DNA from: an uncultured Acidimicrobiia bacterium
GTDB taxonomy: Bacteria > Actinomycetota > Acidimicrobiia > Acidimicrobiales > AC-14
Length of the DNA: 64,000 nucleotides
Reading direction: 5' to 3'
Assembly (NCBI GenBank): GCA_963836205.1
Contig: CAWIIV010000020.1
Coordinates: 96,001 to 160,000 of the forward strand
The translations under genes were made by a program, and so were the position numbers. The stretch's first letter is position 1. Each line of letters opens with the position of its first letter. The notes under the pieces were generated by a model, which ran no database searches, was not told where the DNA came from, and saw nothing but the letters and a program-made list of their open reading frames with translations. Of this stretch, positions 19,367 through 29,574 are shown one piece after another.

Positions 19367-20161
19367 TCATGCCTGGTCGGCCCACACCTTCATCCGCTCC
19401 AGGCGGGGGGCGCCGTAAGTGGTCACCATGGCCACGTCGGTGGCGTCGCGGCCCCGGCCGATGAGGACCCGGCCGATGCGGCGGGCGTTGTTGCGGGGGT
19501 CGAAGGTCCACCACCTGTCGCCCAGGTAGACCTCGGTCCAGGCGCAGAAGTCCATCTCGTCGTAGGGAGGGGGCACGTCGATGTCGGGCAGGTAGCCGAA
19601 CACGTAGCGGGCGGGGATGTTGAGGCTGCGGCAGAAGGTGACCATGAGGTGGGCGAAATCCCGGCACACGCCCTCGCCCGAGCCGTAGACGTCGCAGGCG
19701 GTGGTGGTGGCGGTGCTGGTGCCCGCCAGCCACTCGACGTTGTCGTGGACCCAGTTCGACACCGCCTGGACCCTGTTCCAGCCCGGCTCGCTGTCGCCGA
19801 AGAGCTTCCAGGCGTCGTCGAAGAGCACGTCCGACTGGCAGTAGCGGCTGGGGAGCAGGTACACGAGGGCGTCGGCCGGGAGGTTCTCGACCGGCGTCTG
19901 CTGGGCGTAGATGTCGACCGGGTCGGGATAGGGGGACACCTCCACGGTCGCGTCGTAGGTGAGGGTGGTCGTACCCACGGGCAGGGTGAGGCGGTCGCAC
20001 ACGTTGCCGAAGGCGTCGCAGTAGAAGGCCCGGCCCAGTTCGGGGTCGGTGACCCAGCTGGCGGACAGGATCTGTTCCTCGGGTCGGGCCCGCACCTGCC
20101 ACACCGATGGCGTGGGTCCGGACGCGTTCCACTCGAACTCGCACCCGACTCGCACCTTCAT
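19367..20161 (-). CDS. Transglutaminase-family protein
   Basis: LLPSRYCQSD, GVCRDFAH, ARYVFGYLPD, GRGRDATDVA. Confidence 0.9.
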   Translation of the reverse strand: MKVRVGCEFEWNASGPTPSVWQVRARPEEQILSASWVTDPELGRAFYCDAFGNVCDRLTLPVGTTTLTYDATVEVSPYPDPVDIYAQQTPVENLPADALVYLLPSRYCQSDVLFDDAWKLFGDSEPGWNRVQAVSNWVHDNVEWLAGTSTATTTACDVYGSGEGVCRDFAHLMVTFCRSLNIPARYVFGYLPDIDVPPPYDEMDFCAWTEVYLGDRWWTFDPRNNARRIGRVLIGRGRDATDVAMVTTYGAPRLERMKVWADQA

Positions 20162-20311
20162 GACGCGGCCCTCATGGCGACCATTCTCCCTCGCGCGGAT
20201 GAACGGGCGGTTTCCCGGCTGTCACGTGCCGGCGTCGCCCCCTTCGGCCTACCTTGGCGACCTACCTGGGGCGACCTACCCTCGCGCCGCGCATCCCAAC
20301 GGTGGGTTCCC

Positions 20312-21070
20312 ATGAGTCTGGCCTGGCCAACCCCGACGCCCGCCCCAGCCGGGGTGGTCGTCGCCACCCTCAACGTCCGCAACACCGCCGATCGCTGGCG
20401 GGAGCGGGCACCGTTGCTGGTAGAGCAGCTGGTGGCCCTCGACCCCGACATCGTCGGCGTGCAGGAGGTGCGCCGGTTCCCCGACCAGGCCCGGCGCATC
20501 GCCCGGGCCGGGGGCCGGAGCGCCGTGCGCAAGGCGTTCAAGACCGGGCCCAAACGGCTGTGGGAGGGAGTCGCCGTGCTCAGCCGGCTCCCGGTGACCG
20601 ATCACGCCCGGCTACGGCTGCGGGGGCAGTCGCGGGTGGCGCTGCGGGTGACGGTGGAGCTGGCCGGCGGGCAGGCCCTCGACGTCTACGACACCCACTT
20701 GGCCGACGGCGACGAGGCGGTGCGGGTCGCCCAGGCCCGGCGGCTGCTGGCGTGGATGGACGAGCGGCCGGAGCGGCCGGCGGTGCTGGTGGGCGACTGC
20801 AACTCACGGCCCGGCTCGGCCCCGATCCGGGTCCTGACCGGACGCCTGCGGTCGGCCTACGCCGAGGTCCACGGGTCGGAGCCGCGGCGCACGGTCCCAC
20901 CCGGCGGGTCGGGGCCGGGCGCGGTGCTCGACTACGTCTTCGTCAACCAGCTGGTGGCGGTGCTCGACGCCGGCCTCGCCTTCTACCGGCCGTCGCCCGC
21001 CGACCCGTCCCTGTTCCCCTCGGATCACCTGGGCCTGTGGGCGACGCTCAGCGTGCTTCCTGCCGGTTGA
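20312..21070 (+). CDS. Endonuclease/exonuclease/phosphatase family protein
   Basis: TLNV, DIVGVQEV, THL, GDCNS, LDYVFV, PSDH. Confidence 0.88.
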   Translation: MSLAWPTPTPAPAGVVVATLNVRNTADRWRERAPLLVEQLVALDPDIVGVQEVRRFPDQARRIARAGGRSAVRKAFKTGPKRLWEGVAVLSRLPVTDHARLRLRGQSRVALRVTVELAGGQALDVYDTHLADGDEAVRVAQARRLLAWMDERPERPAVLVGDCNSRPGSAPIRVLTGRLRSAYAEVHGSEPRRTVPPGGSGPGAVLDYVFVNQLVAVLDAGLAFYRPSPADPSLFPSDHLGLWATLSVLPAG

Positions 21071-22040
21071 GTCGCCGTCGTACCCGCAGTCCCCCGATGA
21101 CCCCGCCGACCGCGATGATGCCGATCACCACCAGCAGCACCCACGTGGCGTTGGGGTTGGGGTCGCGCAGGTTGGACGGCCGGGTCAGGTAACGGTCGAG
21201 GAACGCCACCGTCTGGGGCCAGACGTCGTCGACCAGGCCGCGGCCGTGGCGGCCCCCGGGCACGACGATCAGCTCGTGGGCGATGCCGGCGGTGTCGAGA
21301 CGGGCGGCCATCGCCTGGGCCTGGTCGACCGGAACCAGCTCGTCGCTGCTGTTGACCAGCAAGAGGGGGGCGTCGGTGGGGTCGACGTGGGTGATCGGCG
21401 AGGCGTCGTCCCACCGCTCGGGGCATTCCGCCGGCGGGCAGGACAGGAGGAAGCCGGACAGGGCAGGCGCCTCGCCGGCCAGGGCGGTGAGGTCCATGGG
21501 ACCCGACCACGACGCGCCCACCAAAACGCGCGAGCCCCGGTCGGGCGGCCCGTCCCCCACCGTCGCCAGCATGGCCGCCAGGTGGCCGCCGGCGGAGAAG
21601 CCCAGGGCCCCCATGAGGCCGGCGTCGAGGCGGTAGTCGAAGGCGTGGAGGCGGGCCCACTCCACCGCCGCCCGCACGTCGTCGATCTCGGCGGGGAAGG
21701 CCTCGGGCGCGTTGAGGCGGTAGTTGGGGGCGAACACCACCCACCCCCGCTGGGCCATGCGGGAGGCGATGTCGACCACGTCCCGCTTGTCACCGGTGCG
21801 CCAGGCGCCGCCGTGGAGCAGGATCACCGAGACCCGCTCGGCGTTGGTGTCGTCGGGGACGTAGACGTCGAGGAAGAGGTCCTGGCCGCCGGCGCTGCCG
21901 TACGTGACGTCACGGGTGATGAAGAAGGGGCGCATGGGTTCGGGGGCCACCGTCGAGGGCGGGGTTGTGGGGGTCTGGCCCGCGCCGAGGGTGAGGACAG
22001 CGGCCACCAGGGCGAGGACGGCCCGGCGGGTGCGCGTCAC
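21048..22040 (-). CDS. Secreted/anchored alpha/beta hydrolase (esterase)
   Basis: LLHGGAW, GFSAGGHLA nucleophile elbow, N-terminal signal, C-terminal TM helix. Confidence 0.87.
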   Translation of the reverse strand: MTRTRRAVLALVAAVLTLGAGQTPTTPPSTVAPEPMRPFFITRDVTYGSAGGQDLFLDVYVPDDTNAERVSVILLHGGAWRTGDKRDVVDIASRMAQRGWVVFAPNYRLNAPEAFPAEIDDVRAAVEWARLHAFDYRLDAGLMGALGFSAGGHLAAMLATVGDGPPDRGSRVLVGASWSGPMDLTALAGEAPALSGFLLSCPPAECPERWDDASPITHVDPTDAPLLLVNSSDELVPVDQAQAMAARLDTAGIAHELIVVPGGRHGRGLVDDVWPQTVAFLDRYLTRPSNLRDPNPNATWVLLVVIGIIAVGGVIGGLRVRRRLNRQEAR

Positions 22041-22468
22041 GGGCGGAGGAGGGCGGCCGTCGACCATCGCACCCGGTGGCGGTCGAAGGCGTCCTCCAGG
22101 GCCTGGGCCGGGGCCAGCCCCATCGCCCGGCGGACGAGTGCCAGCAGCACTCCCGCGTACTCGCCGCCGTGGGCCGCGAACGTCACCGGCGTGAGGCAGT
22201 GGGCCACCTCGTGGAGGACCGTCATCTCCCGCCGGGCCCACCGCGGCATCTGGAGAACGCCCTCGGCGCTGGCCGTGGCCCGCTTGTGGCCGTGCCCGGG
22301 GCGGACGTCGAAGGTGCGGGCGCCCCACCGGTCGATGAACCACCCGGCGGCCGCCACCCCGTCGACATAGGCCTGCATGACGGCGACCGTGGGCAGGGCC
22401 TTGCCCGGATCGACCTCGTTCTCGGCCCGGTACAGGCGAGCCCGCTGGCTGTCGCGCGGCCGGTCCAC
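22037..22468 (-). CDS. TIGR04338-like metallohydrolase
   Basis: RDSQRARLYRAE, VLHEVAH, AHGGEY. Confidence 0.8.
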   Translation of the reverse strand: MDRPRDSQRARLYRAENEVDPGKALPTVAVMQAYVDGVAAAGWFIDRWGARTFDVRPGHGHKRATASAEGVLQMPRWARREMTVLHEVAHCLTPVTFAAHGGEYAGVLLALVRRAMGLAPAQALEDAFDRHRVRWSTAALLRP

Positions 22469-22724
22469 CCGCGGGACCGTACCCGCTGCCCGCCCGCTCG
22501 CCGGACCACCCCGACGGATGTAACCGCGCCGCACCGGGGAGACTCGACGCGACGTGTCCCGTCCCAATCCTTCCGCCCGCCGGTCTTCGCCGCGCCTGGG
22601 TCGCCAGGCTCCCCTGACGCGCCGCGGAACCGACGGCGGGCCCGCCTGCGGCCGTCCTGTGGCGCGGCGCCATGCGATCGTGGCACCGCCCCGCGCTTTG
22701 GCGCGTCTGAGTCGCCAGGCGGCC

Positions 22725-23729
22725 ATGAGGCCCCGCGAGACCCTCGGCCGGCCCCGCGCCGACCGCGGCCTGGCGCCGGCGGTCACGTTCCTGGTCTTCG
22801 CCCTCGTCGCCACCGCGTGTGGCGGCGACGGCGGGTCGCCCGCGGTCCAGGGTCGGCCGCCCGAGACCACGACCACCGCCCCCGCGCCGACCACCACCGC
22901 CACCGTCGCCCCGACGAGGGCGGAGGCCAAAGCGGTCGTCTCGCCTACGGGCGTCGTCGTCCCGGTGGTCTCCCACACCGACGTCGGCTGGGTGGTGCGG
23001 ACCCCGTGCAGCGAGACCGCCGTCCTCACCGAGGGCACCCCCGTGGCCGAAGCCACCATCGTCGTCGACCCCGGCCACGGCGGCACCGAGCCGGGGGCCA
23101 TCTCCCCCGCCGGCCTGCGGGAGGCCGACGTCAACCTCGGGGTCTCCCGGCACCTCGAAGCGGCCCTGGAGGCGGCCGGCGTCAGCGTCCTGCTCACCCG
23201 CACCGGCGACTACGACGTCAACCTCGGCCCCCGCGCCGAGATCGCACGGGCCCTGGGGACGAAGGCGTTCGTGTCCATCCACCACAACGCCGAGCCCGAC
23301 GGTGCGTGGCCCGGCCCCGGCGCCGAGACCTACTACCAGATCGCCTCCTCTGACTCGAAGCGCCTGGCCGGGCTCATCTACGAGGAGGTCGTCCGCGCCT
23401 TCTCCGCCTACGACGTGGCCTGGGTGGCCGACCGCGACGCGGGCGCCAAGTTCCGCCCCGGCGAGCGGGGTGACTACTACGCCGTCCTCCGCCTGCCCCA
23501 AGACGTGGTCAGCGTGCTGGTGGAGAGCGCCTTCGTGTCCAACCCGCCCGAGGCCGAGCTGATCAGCCGGCCCGAAGTGCAGCAGGCGGAGGGCGAGGCC
23601 GTGGCCCGGGGCATCCTCCGCTACCTGAACACGCCCGACCCCGGCTCCGGCTTCACCGACCCCTACCCTCGCACCGACCCCCCCGGCTCGGGAGCGGTGC
23701 CTCCGTGCGTGGAGCCTCGCCTCGAATAA
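22725..23729 (+). CDS. N-acetylmuramoyl-L-alanine amidase lipoprotein
   Basis: Lipobox VATAC, VVDPGHGG, FVSIHHNA, SVLVESAFVSN. Confidence 0.9.
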   Translation: MRPRETLGRPRADRGLAPAVTFLVFALVATACGGDGGSPAVQGRPPETTTTAPAPTTTATVAPTRAEAKAVVSPTGVVVPVVSHTDVGWVVRTPCSETAVLTEGTPVAEATIVVDPGHGGTEPGAISPAGLREADVNLGVSRHLEAALEAAGVSVLLTRTGDYDVNLGPRAEIARALGTKAFVSIHHNAEPDGAWPGPGAETYYQIASSDSKRLAGLIYEEVVRAFSAYDVAWVADRDAGAKFRPGERGDYYAVLRLPQDVVSVLVESAFVSNPPEAELISRPEVQQAEGEAVARGILRYLNTPDPGSGFTDPYPRTDPPGSGAVPPCVEPRLE

Positions 23730-23799
23730 GAGGTGTCACTCGCAGAAAGGGTGCGGCTCGGGGTACCGGCGTGCGCCGAGCCCCGCCCGGGGTCGGATG

Positions 23800-24189
23800 T
23801 CAGCCGGGGGTCGACGGGTGGATCGTGAGGGTCGGCCCGGCCTGCCCCCGGAGGACCCGGATGGCGAGCTGCCCGTTGGCCAGCGACGCCTCCACGCCCG
23901 CCCCGAAGCCGTCGGGGAGGTCGAGCTCGCGCTCGTAGCCGCCGTACTCCCACTCGTGGACCAGGTACTGGCGGGGACCGGCGCTGCGCACGTGCGACCA
24001 GAGCCGCAGGCAGCCGGGCCGCAGCTCGATGGTGACGTCGTCGGCGGTGACCGCCGGCATGGCCGCCACCACCACCAGGGCGTTGGTGGTCTCGTACACG
24101 TTCACCGGCACCGGCTGCGGCCGCATCTCGTCCTCGACCTCGGCGGTGGCGTCGTGGACCTGGTCGGCGGTGGGCTGGTCGATGGGCAT
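23800..24189 (-). CDS. Hsp20/alpha-crystallin family protein
   Basis: PVNVYET, EWEYGGYERELDLP, ASLANGQLAIRV. Confidence 0.85.
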   Translation of the reverse strand: MPIDQPTADQVHDATAEVEDEMRPQPVPVNVYETTNALVVVAAMPAVTADDVTIELRPGCLRLWSHVRSAGPRQYLVHEWEYGGYERELDLPDGFGAGVEASLANGQLAIRVLRGQAGPTLTIHPSTPG

Positions 24190-24220
24190 GGGAGACCTCC
24201 TACCCGAGGCTCGGGCGGGT

Positions 24221-24556
24221 TTAGTCCTGGAAGTCGAGGGCCTGCTCGGGCCAGGGCGGCGGGTCGGCGAGGATGAGGTCGTGAATGTCCTTCACCTGGA
24301 GGCGGAACCAGTGGTCGAAGGGGTCGAGGGACACGCCCATGCCGATCATGGCCTCGTCGAGGTTCTCGGCCTCGATGTAGTAGATGACGAACTCCTCGCC
24401 CTCGTTGCCGTGGAGGAAGACCTGCTCCCGGGTGATGCCGAGGCGCTGGCGGGAGTCGACGTAGTCGGGGTTGTCGTCGTTGCACTGGGCCATCAGCTCG
24501 CGCCAGGCGTCGATCTTGCCTGGGATGATCAGCAGTACGAGGGCTGAAGCCGGCAT
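24221..24556 (-). CDS. Hypothetical protein (DUF6176-like)
   Basis: IIPGKIDAW...SRQRLGITREQVFL...PFDHWF. Confidence 0.7.
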   Translation of the reverse strand: MPASALVLLIIPGKIDAWRELMAQCNDDNPDYVDSRQRLGITREQVFLHGNEGEEFVIYYIEAENLDEAMIGMGVSLDPFDHWFRLQVKDIHDLILADPPPWPEQALDFQD

Positions 24557-24674
24557 GCATCCTCCTCACGACAGGGCTCGTAGCGTTGGTCTGCCGCGAC
24601 CGGGACCCTAGCCAAACTGCGGCTACCCGAAGGTCGACCGCCACACGGCCCGCCGCAGCCGGCTGCGGCCCGTT

Positions 24675-24729
24675 CCCGTTGGTTGTGCGGTTCTGTCGGT
24701 ATATCCCACACAACTGCACAACCAACGGG
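24675..24729. repeat. Intergenic ~55-bp palindrome (REP-like)
   Basis: CCCGTTGGTTGTGCGGTT...AACTGCACAACCAACGGG. Confidence 0.75.
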
Positions 24730-24782
24730 GGTTCCGGGTTGCGGGGGACATAACGTCTGACGGCCACGCGACGTGGGGAGGG

Positions 24783-24960
24783 ACCGGGACAAGGTCGACA
24801 AGTTCGCCCGCTGCCGGTGGAAGCCGGGGCCAGACAGCGTCCCCGTCCTGTCCGACTGCCCCCGGTGGGTGGCCGGGCACGTCGTCGAGCGGTTCGACAC
24901 CGGCGACCACGTCGGCCACCTGCTCGACCTCTTCGAAGGCGCGGCCGGCGAATGGCCCGC
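24783..24960 (+). pseudogene. C-terminal fragment of a flavin reductase-like protein
   Basis: DKVDKFARCRWKPGPDSVPVLSDCPRW...DTGDHVGHLL; no N-terminus, begins just after the palindrome. Confidence 0.65.
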
Positions 24961-24986
24961 CGCAGGCGGCTGCGGCCCGCGACTCC

Positions 24987-25733
24987 TTACGCCGAGACGA
25001 CCACCGGGACCGCCCACCGGCGCTGGTGGTGGTCGACCCAGTGGTCCATGAGGTTGACCCGGCCCAGGAACTCGTTCCAGCTCAGGCACGGGACGTGGCG
25101 CCAGGCCTCGTTCTCCGGGTGCGACACCACGTACCCACCGAGGTAGACGAACGGGATGTTGACGCCCTCCATGGCCTGCACCCACTCCGGGAAGTGGGCG
25201 GCCGCGGCCAGGACCTCGGCCGACGCCGAGTGGCGGCCCCGGATCTCGATGGCCCGGACCCCGTCGATCGGGTCCCAGCCCGCGGCCAGGTCGATGGTGA
25301 CCCGCCGGATCCCGGGGACGTGCCTGCCGCCGGGGAGCAGCCGCACCGGGCGGGGACCCTCCAGGTGCTGGCGCCAGCTCCAGTTCTCGGGCACGCCTTC
25401 GGAAGCGGCCGCCCACAGCTCCTCGAACGTGCGCCGGATGCCGTCGACGCCGTCCTTCTCGGGCAGGAAGACGGCCACCACGTCGGCCATCAGCGGCTGG
25501 GGGTGCACCACGGGAGTGGTGTCGACGGCGTCGAAGTCGGCGTCGGTGAAGCCCCAGTCCCGCTCCGCGTTCCAGCGGCGGACGTTGGCCAGCTGGTCGG
25601 CGACGGGGATGAAGAGACGCTCGTTCAACGTGGCCCGGTCGATGGTTTCGATGGTCACGAGTGTACGGCGGGGGGTCGGAAGCTCTGCGCCATCAGGTTC
25701 GGCGGTGTCGGGTGCGAGGGTGAGTGCGGACAC
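24987..25733 (-). CDS. Hypothetical protein
   Basis: 248-aa ORF with host codon usage and GGAGG RBS. Confidence 0.8.
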   Translation of the reverse strand: MSALTLAPDTAEPDGAELPTPRRTLVTIETIDRATLNERLFIPVADQLANVRRWNAERDWGFTDADFDAVDTTPVVHPQPLMADVVAVFLPEKDGVDGIRRTFEELWAAASEGVPENWSWRQHLEGPRPVRLLPGGRHVPGIRRVTIDLAAGWDPIDGVRAIEIRGRHSASAEVLAAAAHFPEWVQAMEGVNIPFVYLGGYVVSHPENEAWRHVPCLSWNEFLGRVNLMDHWVDHHQRRWAVPVVVSA

Positions 25734-25770
25734 GAGGTTTCCTCCGTAGCAGCGATGTCGAACTTCGTTT

Positions 25771-25797
25771 CAACGGCCCCGTCACTCACGACATTCC
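25771..25797 (-). promoter_or_regulatory. Putative SigR/SigH-type ECF promoter
   Basis: GGAAT-N18-GTTG upstream of the 24987-25733 gene. Confidence 0.6.
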
Positions 25798-25816
25798 CGC
25801 CGCCTCAGGCCGCGGT

Positions 25817-26053
25817 TCACCGGCGGTAGCGGGCGACGAGCTCGTCCCGGCCACGGCGGTCGAGGGGGGGCGGGGCCACCCGGCTGACGGCCCGCACCAT
25901 CGTCCGCATCTGCCGGAGGTAGGCGGTGCAGTGCCGGCATGCCCGCAGGTGCTCCTCGAGGCGGGCGCGGACGGCAGGGCCAAGTGCACCCTCCAGGTGA
26001 TCGGTGACCAGCTCGACCACCTCCTGGCATCCGAGTCGGCGGCGGCCGGGCAC
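25817..26053 (-). CDS. zf-HC2 (anti-sigma-type zinc finger) small protein
   Basis: CQEVVELVTDHLEG...EEHLRACRHC. Confidence 0.82.
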   Translation of the reverse strand: MPGRRRLGCQEVVELVTDHLEGALGPAVRARLEEHLRACRHCTAYLRQMRTMVRAVSRVAPPPLDRRGRDELVARYRR

Positions 26054-26063
26054 GAAGGTGCGC

Positions 26064-26816
26064 TCAGACCGGGACCGGGGTGGCGTTGGCGACCGGCACG
26101 GCGAAGGCGCGGCACCACACGAGGACGGTGAACTGCTCGGCGACGACGTCGACCCCGGCCGGAATCGGGTAGTTCTGGCTCCCCCGGTTGCCCTTCAGCG
26201 CCCCCAGGTCGTGGCCGCCGCCGGGCGACTCCCGATCGGCGCCCGGCACCAGGTGCACGAAGTAGTCGGGCCCGTTCTGGATGTCGATGTCCTCCAGGCG
26301 GACGATGTGCGACCCGTCGTCGAGGCGGTACAGGGCCGCCGCCCCCGACGCCCGGTGGTCGATGCCCCGCAGCTCGCCGATCGAAAGGAGAACGGGGCCG
26401 GACGGGGCCGGGACCGGGACCGGGGCGGTGGCGGTCACCGACGGCCCCGTGGGGAGGGCGGGCCCGTCAGCCGGCGTCGCCACCGCGACCGGAGCCGCCA
26501 CCGCCGCCGATCCGGGAAGGGGCTCCACCACCTCCTCGTCGGTGAAGTACGGGACGACGAGGAGCCACCCGATCAGGCCGACGGGCACGGCCATCACCAG
26601 GCCCCGGACGACGGCGCTGTCGACGCAGCGGCGCAGCACCCACGACAGCGCCACCAGGGCCAGCACGATCACGGCCAGCCGGCTGAGGGCGGCGGGCGAG
26701 GTGAGCGTGGCCTTGACCACGTCGCCCCGGAACACGACGGCGGCGGCCACCGCGGCCACGACCACCCCTCCCCAGGCCAGGTCGCCCGGACGCACCGCCC
26801 GGGGCGCCGGGGTCAC
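26064..26816 (-). CDS. DM13 domain membrane protein
   Basis: TM helices then [38 protein letters not shown]. Confidence 0.85.
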   Translation of the reverse strand: MTPAPRAVRPGDLAWGGVVVAAVAAAVVFRGDVVKATLTSPAALSRLAVIVLALVALSWVLRRCVDSAVVRGLVMAVPVGLIGWLLVVPYFTDEEVVEPLPGSAAVAAPVAVATPADGPALPTGPSVTATAPVPVPAPSGPVLLSIGELRGIDHRASGAAALYRLDDGSHIVRLEDIDIQNGPDYFVHLVPGADRESPGGGHDLGALKGNRGSQNYPIPAGVDVVAEQFTVLVWCRAFAVPVANATPVPV

Positions 26817-28113
26817 GGCCGGACGGCTGCGGAGGGCCCGGCGACCCAGGACAGGTCGCCGGGGAGGTAGCGGGCGCCGGTCCGGCGCCAGTGGTCGAGG
26901 ACGTCGTCGGCGGGGCACCGGCCCCGCTCGACGTAGCGGTCGAGGTAGGCGGCCACCGCGCCGACCGTGGCCCGGTCGGCGCCCGTGCGCACCAGGGAGT
27001 CGAGTGCGAGCCGGAAGCAGGCCCGGGCGGCGTCGGCCAGGGCGGGATGGGCCAGGCCGAGGCGCGACGCCGGCACCCACAGGTCGGCCGTGCTCCAAGC
27101 CGCCTGGGCCGCCGCCTCCCCGGCCTCGTCGTCGTACATCAGGGCGGTGGCCACGGCCACGGCCACCCGCCACCAGGGCCGGGGCAGGCTGTCGACCATC
27201 CGCAGCTCCAGCCAACCCCGGGGCCGCACCGGCGGGAAGAGCGTGGTCAGGTGGTAGTCGAGGTCGTCGAGGGTCGGGAAACCCAGGGTGTGGCCGTGGT
27301 CGACCCACTCCCCGAACGTCAGCGGCGTGCGCACCGGCACGCACCGCCCGGCGCCGTCGTGGATGAGCATGACCTGGGCGTCCATGACGTACGCCCCCCA
27401 CGTCCCCGGCCACGGTCCGGGTCCGCCGGCCGACCGGGTGCGGGACGGGTCGATCCGCCACCAGGTGGCCAGCCGGTACGATTTCCATCCGCTGGGCCCG
27501 CCCGCGACCAGGGGCGAGTTGGCGAAGCTGGCCGCCAGCGTGGGGCCGAGCAGGTGGGCCAGGCCCCACCGGGTGTCGGACGAACGGTTGCGGGCGTCGA
27601 AGTCGAGGTTGACCTGGAGCCCGGCGGTTGCGCACATCATGGTGCGCCCGGCATTCGCCCAGTCCTGGTCGGGGCCGGCGAAGTAGGCCTCCATGGCGTC
27701 GTACCGGGGGGAACGGATGACCCGGGCGGTGGTGGGCGACGGGTCGATGCCGCTGCCGACGAGGACGATCCCGAGGTCGGCGAGGCGGTCGGCGACCAAC
27801 GTCAGGTCGGCCTCGAGCAGGGAGCACGCGGCGGAGACGTCGGCCGCCGGGGGGAGCTCAGCTCGAGCTGGCCGCCGGGCTCGAAGGTGACGGAGGTGCC
27901 GCTGGCCAGGGGTCCGAGCGCCTCCAAGGCCCCCCGGACCGCGTCGTGGGAGGCCCGCCCCCCGTCGAGGCCCATCGGCAGCATCTCCAACTCGATGCCC
28001 ACCCGATCGGCACCCATGAGGTCGGGGCCTTCGAGCCGCGGCAGGAAGAAGCCCCGCCGTACGGCGTGCTCGACTGCGGCCTCTCGGCTGAGAACAGCGA
28101 CCCTTTTCGGCAT
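26813..28113 (-). CDS. egtA: Glutamate--cysteine ligase (EgtA/GCS2-like), frameshift near 27850
   Basis: [50 protein letters not shown]; two frames join at a G6 run. Confidence 0.8.
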
Positions 28114-28233
28114 GATGGACCTTCCCGCCGCCTTACCGGCTCTTCGCTACGACATCCCCGTCCGGATGACCCCCTCCAGCGTTACACCCCCGAAGCGCGG
28201 TGGCCGACACGCCTCGGTGGGCAGAACCCATCT

Positions 28234-28584
28234 ATGCCCAAATATCTGGTCAACGAACAAGCGGTGGCCCATTGCCGCCGGCTGATCGACGCCCGCCGGT
28301 ACGTGCTCCGCAGCACCTGGGGCGAGGTCCAGGCCACGGCCGAGGACGAGAACAAGTACCTCGAACGCCACTCCTGGGAGGAGTACGCGGCCTGGCACCT
28401 CGGGCTCACGGTGGGCGCCAACGACGAGACCAAGGCCCGCCACGGCTTCGGCTACGGCGACTTCCGGCGGGTCCACCGCTCGGCCCTCATCGCCTGCGTC
28501 TTCCGGGCCGCGGAGTGGAACCACAAGGAGGTCGAGCTGGCCGCCCACGACCTCCTCCAGTACCTCGACGCCAAGCGGGCCTGA
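28234..28584 (+). CDS. Conserved hypothetical protein
   Basis: MPKYLVNEQAV...WEEYAAWHLG...GYGDFRRVHRSALIA; host codon usage. Confidence 0.78.
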   Translation: MPKYLVNEQAVAHCRRLIDARRYVLRSTWGEVQATAEDENKYLERHSWEEYAAWHLGLTVGANDETKARHGFGYGDFRRVHRSALIACVFRAAEWNHKEVELAAHDLLQYLDAKRA

Positions 28585-28653
28585 CCCGCCCATCCGTGCC
28601 ACGCTCGGTGTAACACCGTTCGTCCCCGGAGGACGGTCGAGCGTGAAGGAGCG

Positions 28654-29574
28654 GTGATGGTCGTCAGGAATCCTCGGGCGGAAGCGGCGATTCGCATCAA
28701 CCACCGGTACGACCCGAGGGTCCCCGAACCTTCGCCGCCGGCGGTGAACGAGGGCCCGTGGTTCGCCGACGACCCCGTCGCCGGCGGGGAGCTGGTGCCT
28801 TTCGTCCGCCCCGGCGCCCGCACGTGGGACGACTTCTGCACCGAGATCGGCAACGCCGAGCTGCGCACGTGGTGCGAGCTGCGGTGGCTCGTCCCCCGCG
28901 GCCTCGACCCCCTCCCGCCCGCCTTCGCCGAGACCCGCGACGCCCTCCACCGGGTGGCCGAGCACGTGATCGCCCCCCGCCGGCACCTGGCCAACGGCAA
29001 GATCGGCCTCCGGTACACCTACCGCGGCTTCGGGACGCCCTATTTCGACGACGACCACCAGGTGCGGGTGGAGGACGGCGAGCTGGTCGACCGCAACCGC
29101 CGGCGCCAGCTCACCACCCTGGCTGCGGCCGCCGAGCTCGTCGGCGTCGAGCTGGGGAAAGGTACGGGCGTCTACACCCCCACCACCCCCTGCGAGCCCG
29201 ACGCCCCCCTCGCGGTCGACTTCAACGCGGCCCGGGCGGTGGGCGACTGGTTCGGCTTCGTGACCGCCGTCCTCGAACAGCTCCGGGAGGAGGCGGGCGA
29301 CGACGACTCGCCGTCGAGGGTGCAGCTCTGGCCGGAGCACTTCGACATCGCCGTCGACCTCGGCCCGGAGGGCGACCGGGCCAACTTCGGGGGCTCGCCG
29401 GGTGACGCCGGGCACCCCGAGCCCTACCTCTACGTCGGCCCGTGGGACACCCGGCCCCGGGAGGGCGACTTCTGGAACGAGCCCTTCGGGGCGTCGCTGT
29501 CGTACTCCGCCATCCGGGCGGGGGCCGACCCGCTCGAGTTCCTCCGACAGGGAAAGGCGCTGGTCAGGTCATGA
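28654..29574 (+). CDS. Hypothetical protein (DUF5996-like C-terminus)
   Basis: VQLWPEHFDIAVD, GSPGDAGHPEPYLYVGPW; start uncertain. Confidence 0.72.
   Translation: MMVVRNPRAEAAIRINHRYDPRVPEPSPPAVNEGPWFADDPVAGGELVPFVRPGARTWDDFCTEIGNAELRTWCELRWLVPRGLDPLPPAFAETRDALHRVAEHVIAPRRHLANGKIGLRYTYRGFGTPYFDDDHQVRVEDGELVDRNRRRQLTTLAAAAELVGVELGKGTGVYTPTTPCEPDAPLAVDFNAARAVGDWFGFVTAVLEQLREEAGDDDSPSRVQLWPEHFDIAVDLGPEGDRANFGGSPGDAGHPEPYLYVGPWDTRPREGDFWNEPFGASLSYSAIRAGADPLEFLRQGKALVRS

Noticed and set aside
27840-27860. Programmed frameshift or phase variation in the egtA-like gene
   Set aside because: Short G6 run and many similar indels across unrelated genes; sequencing error is more parsimonious
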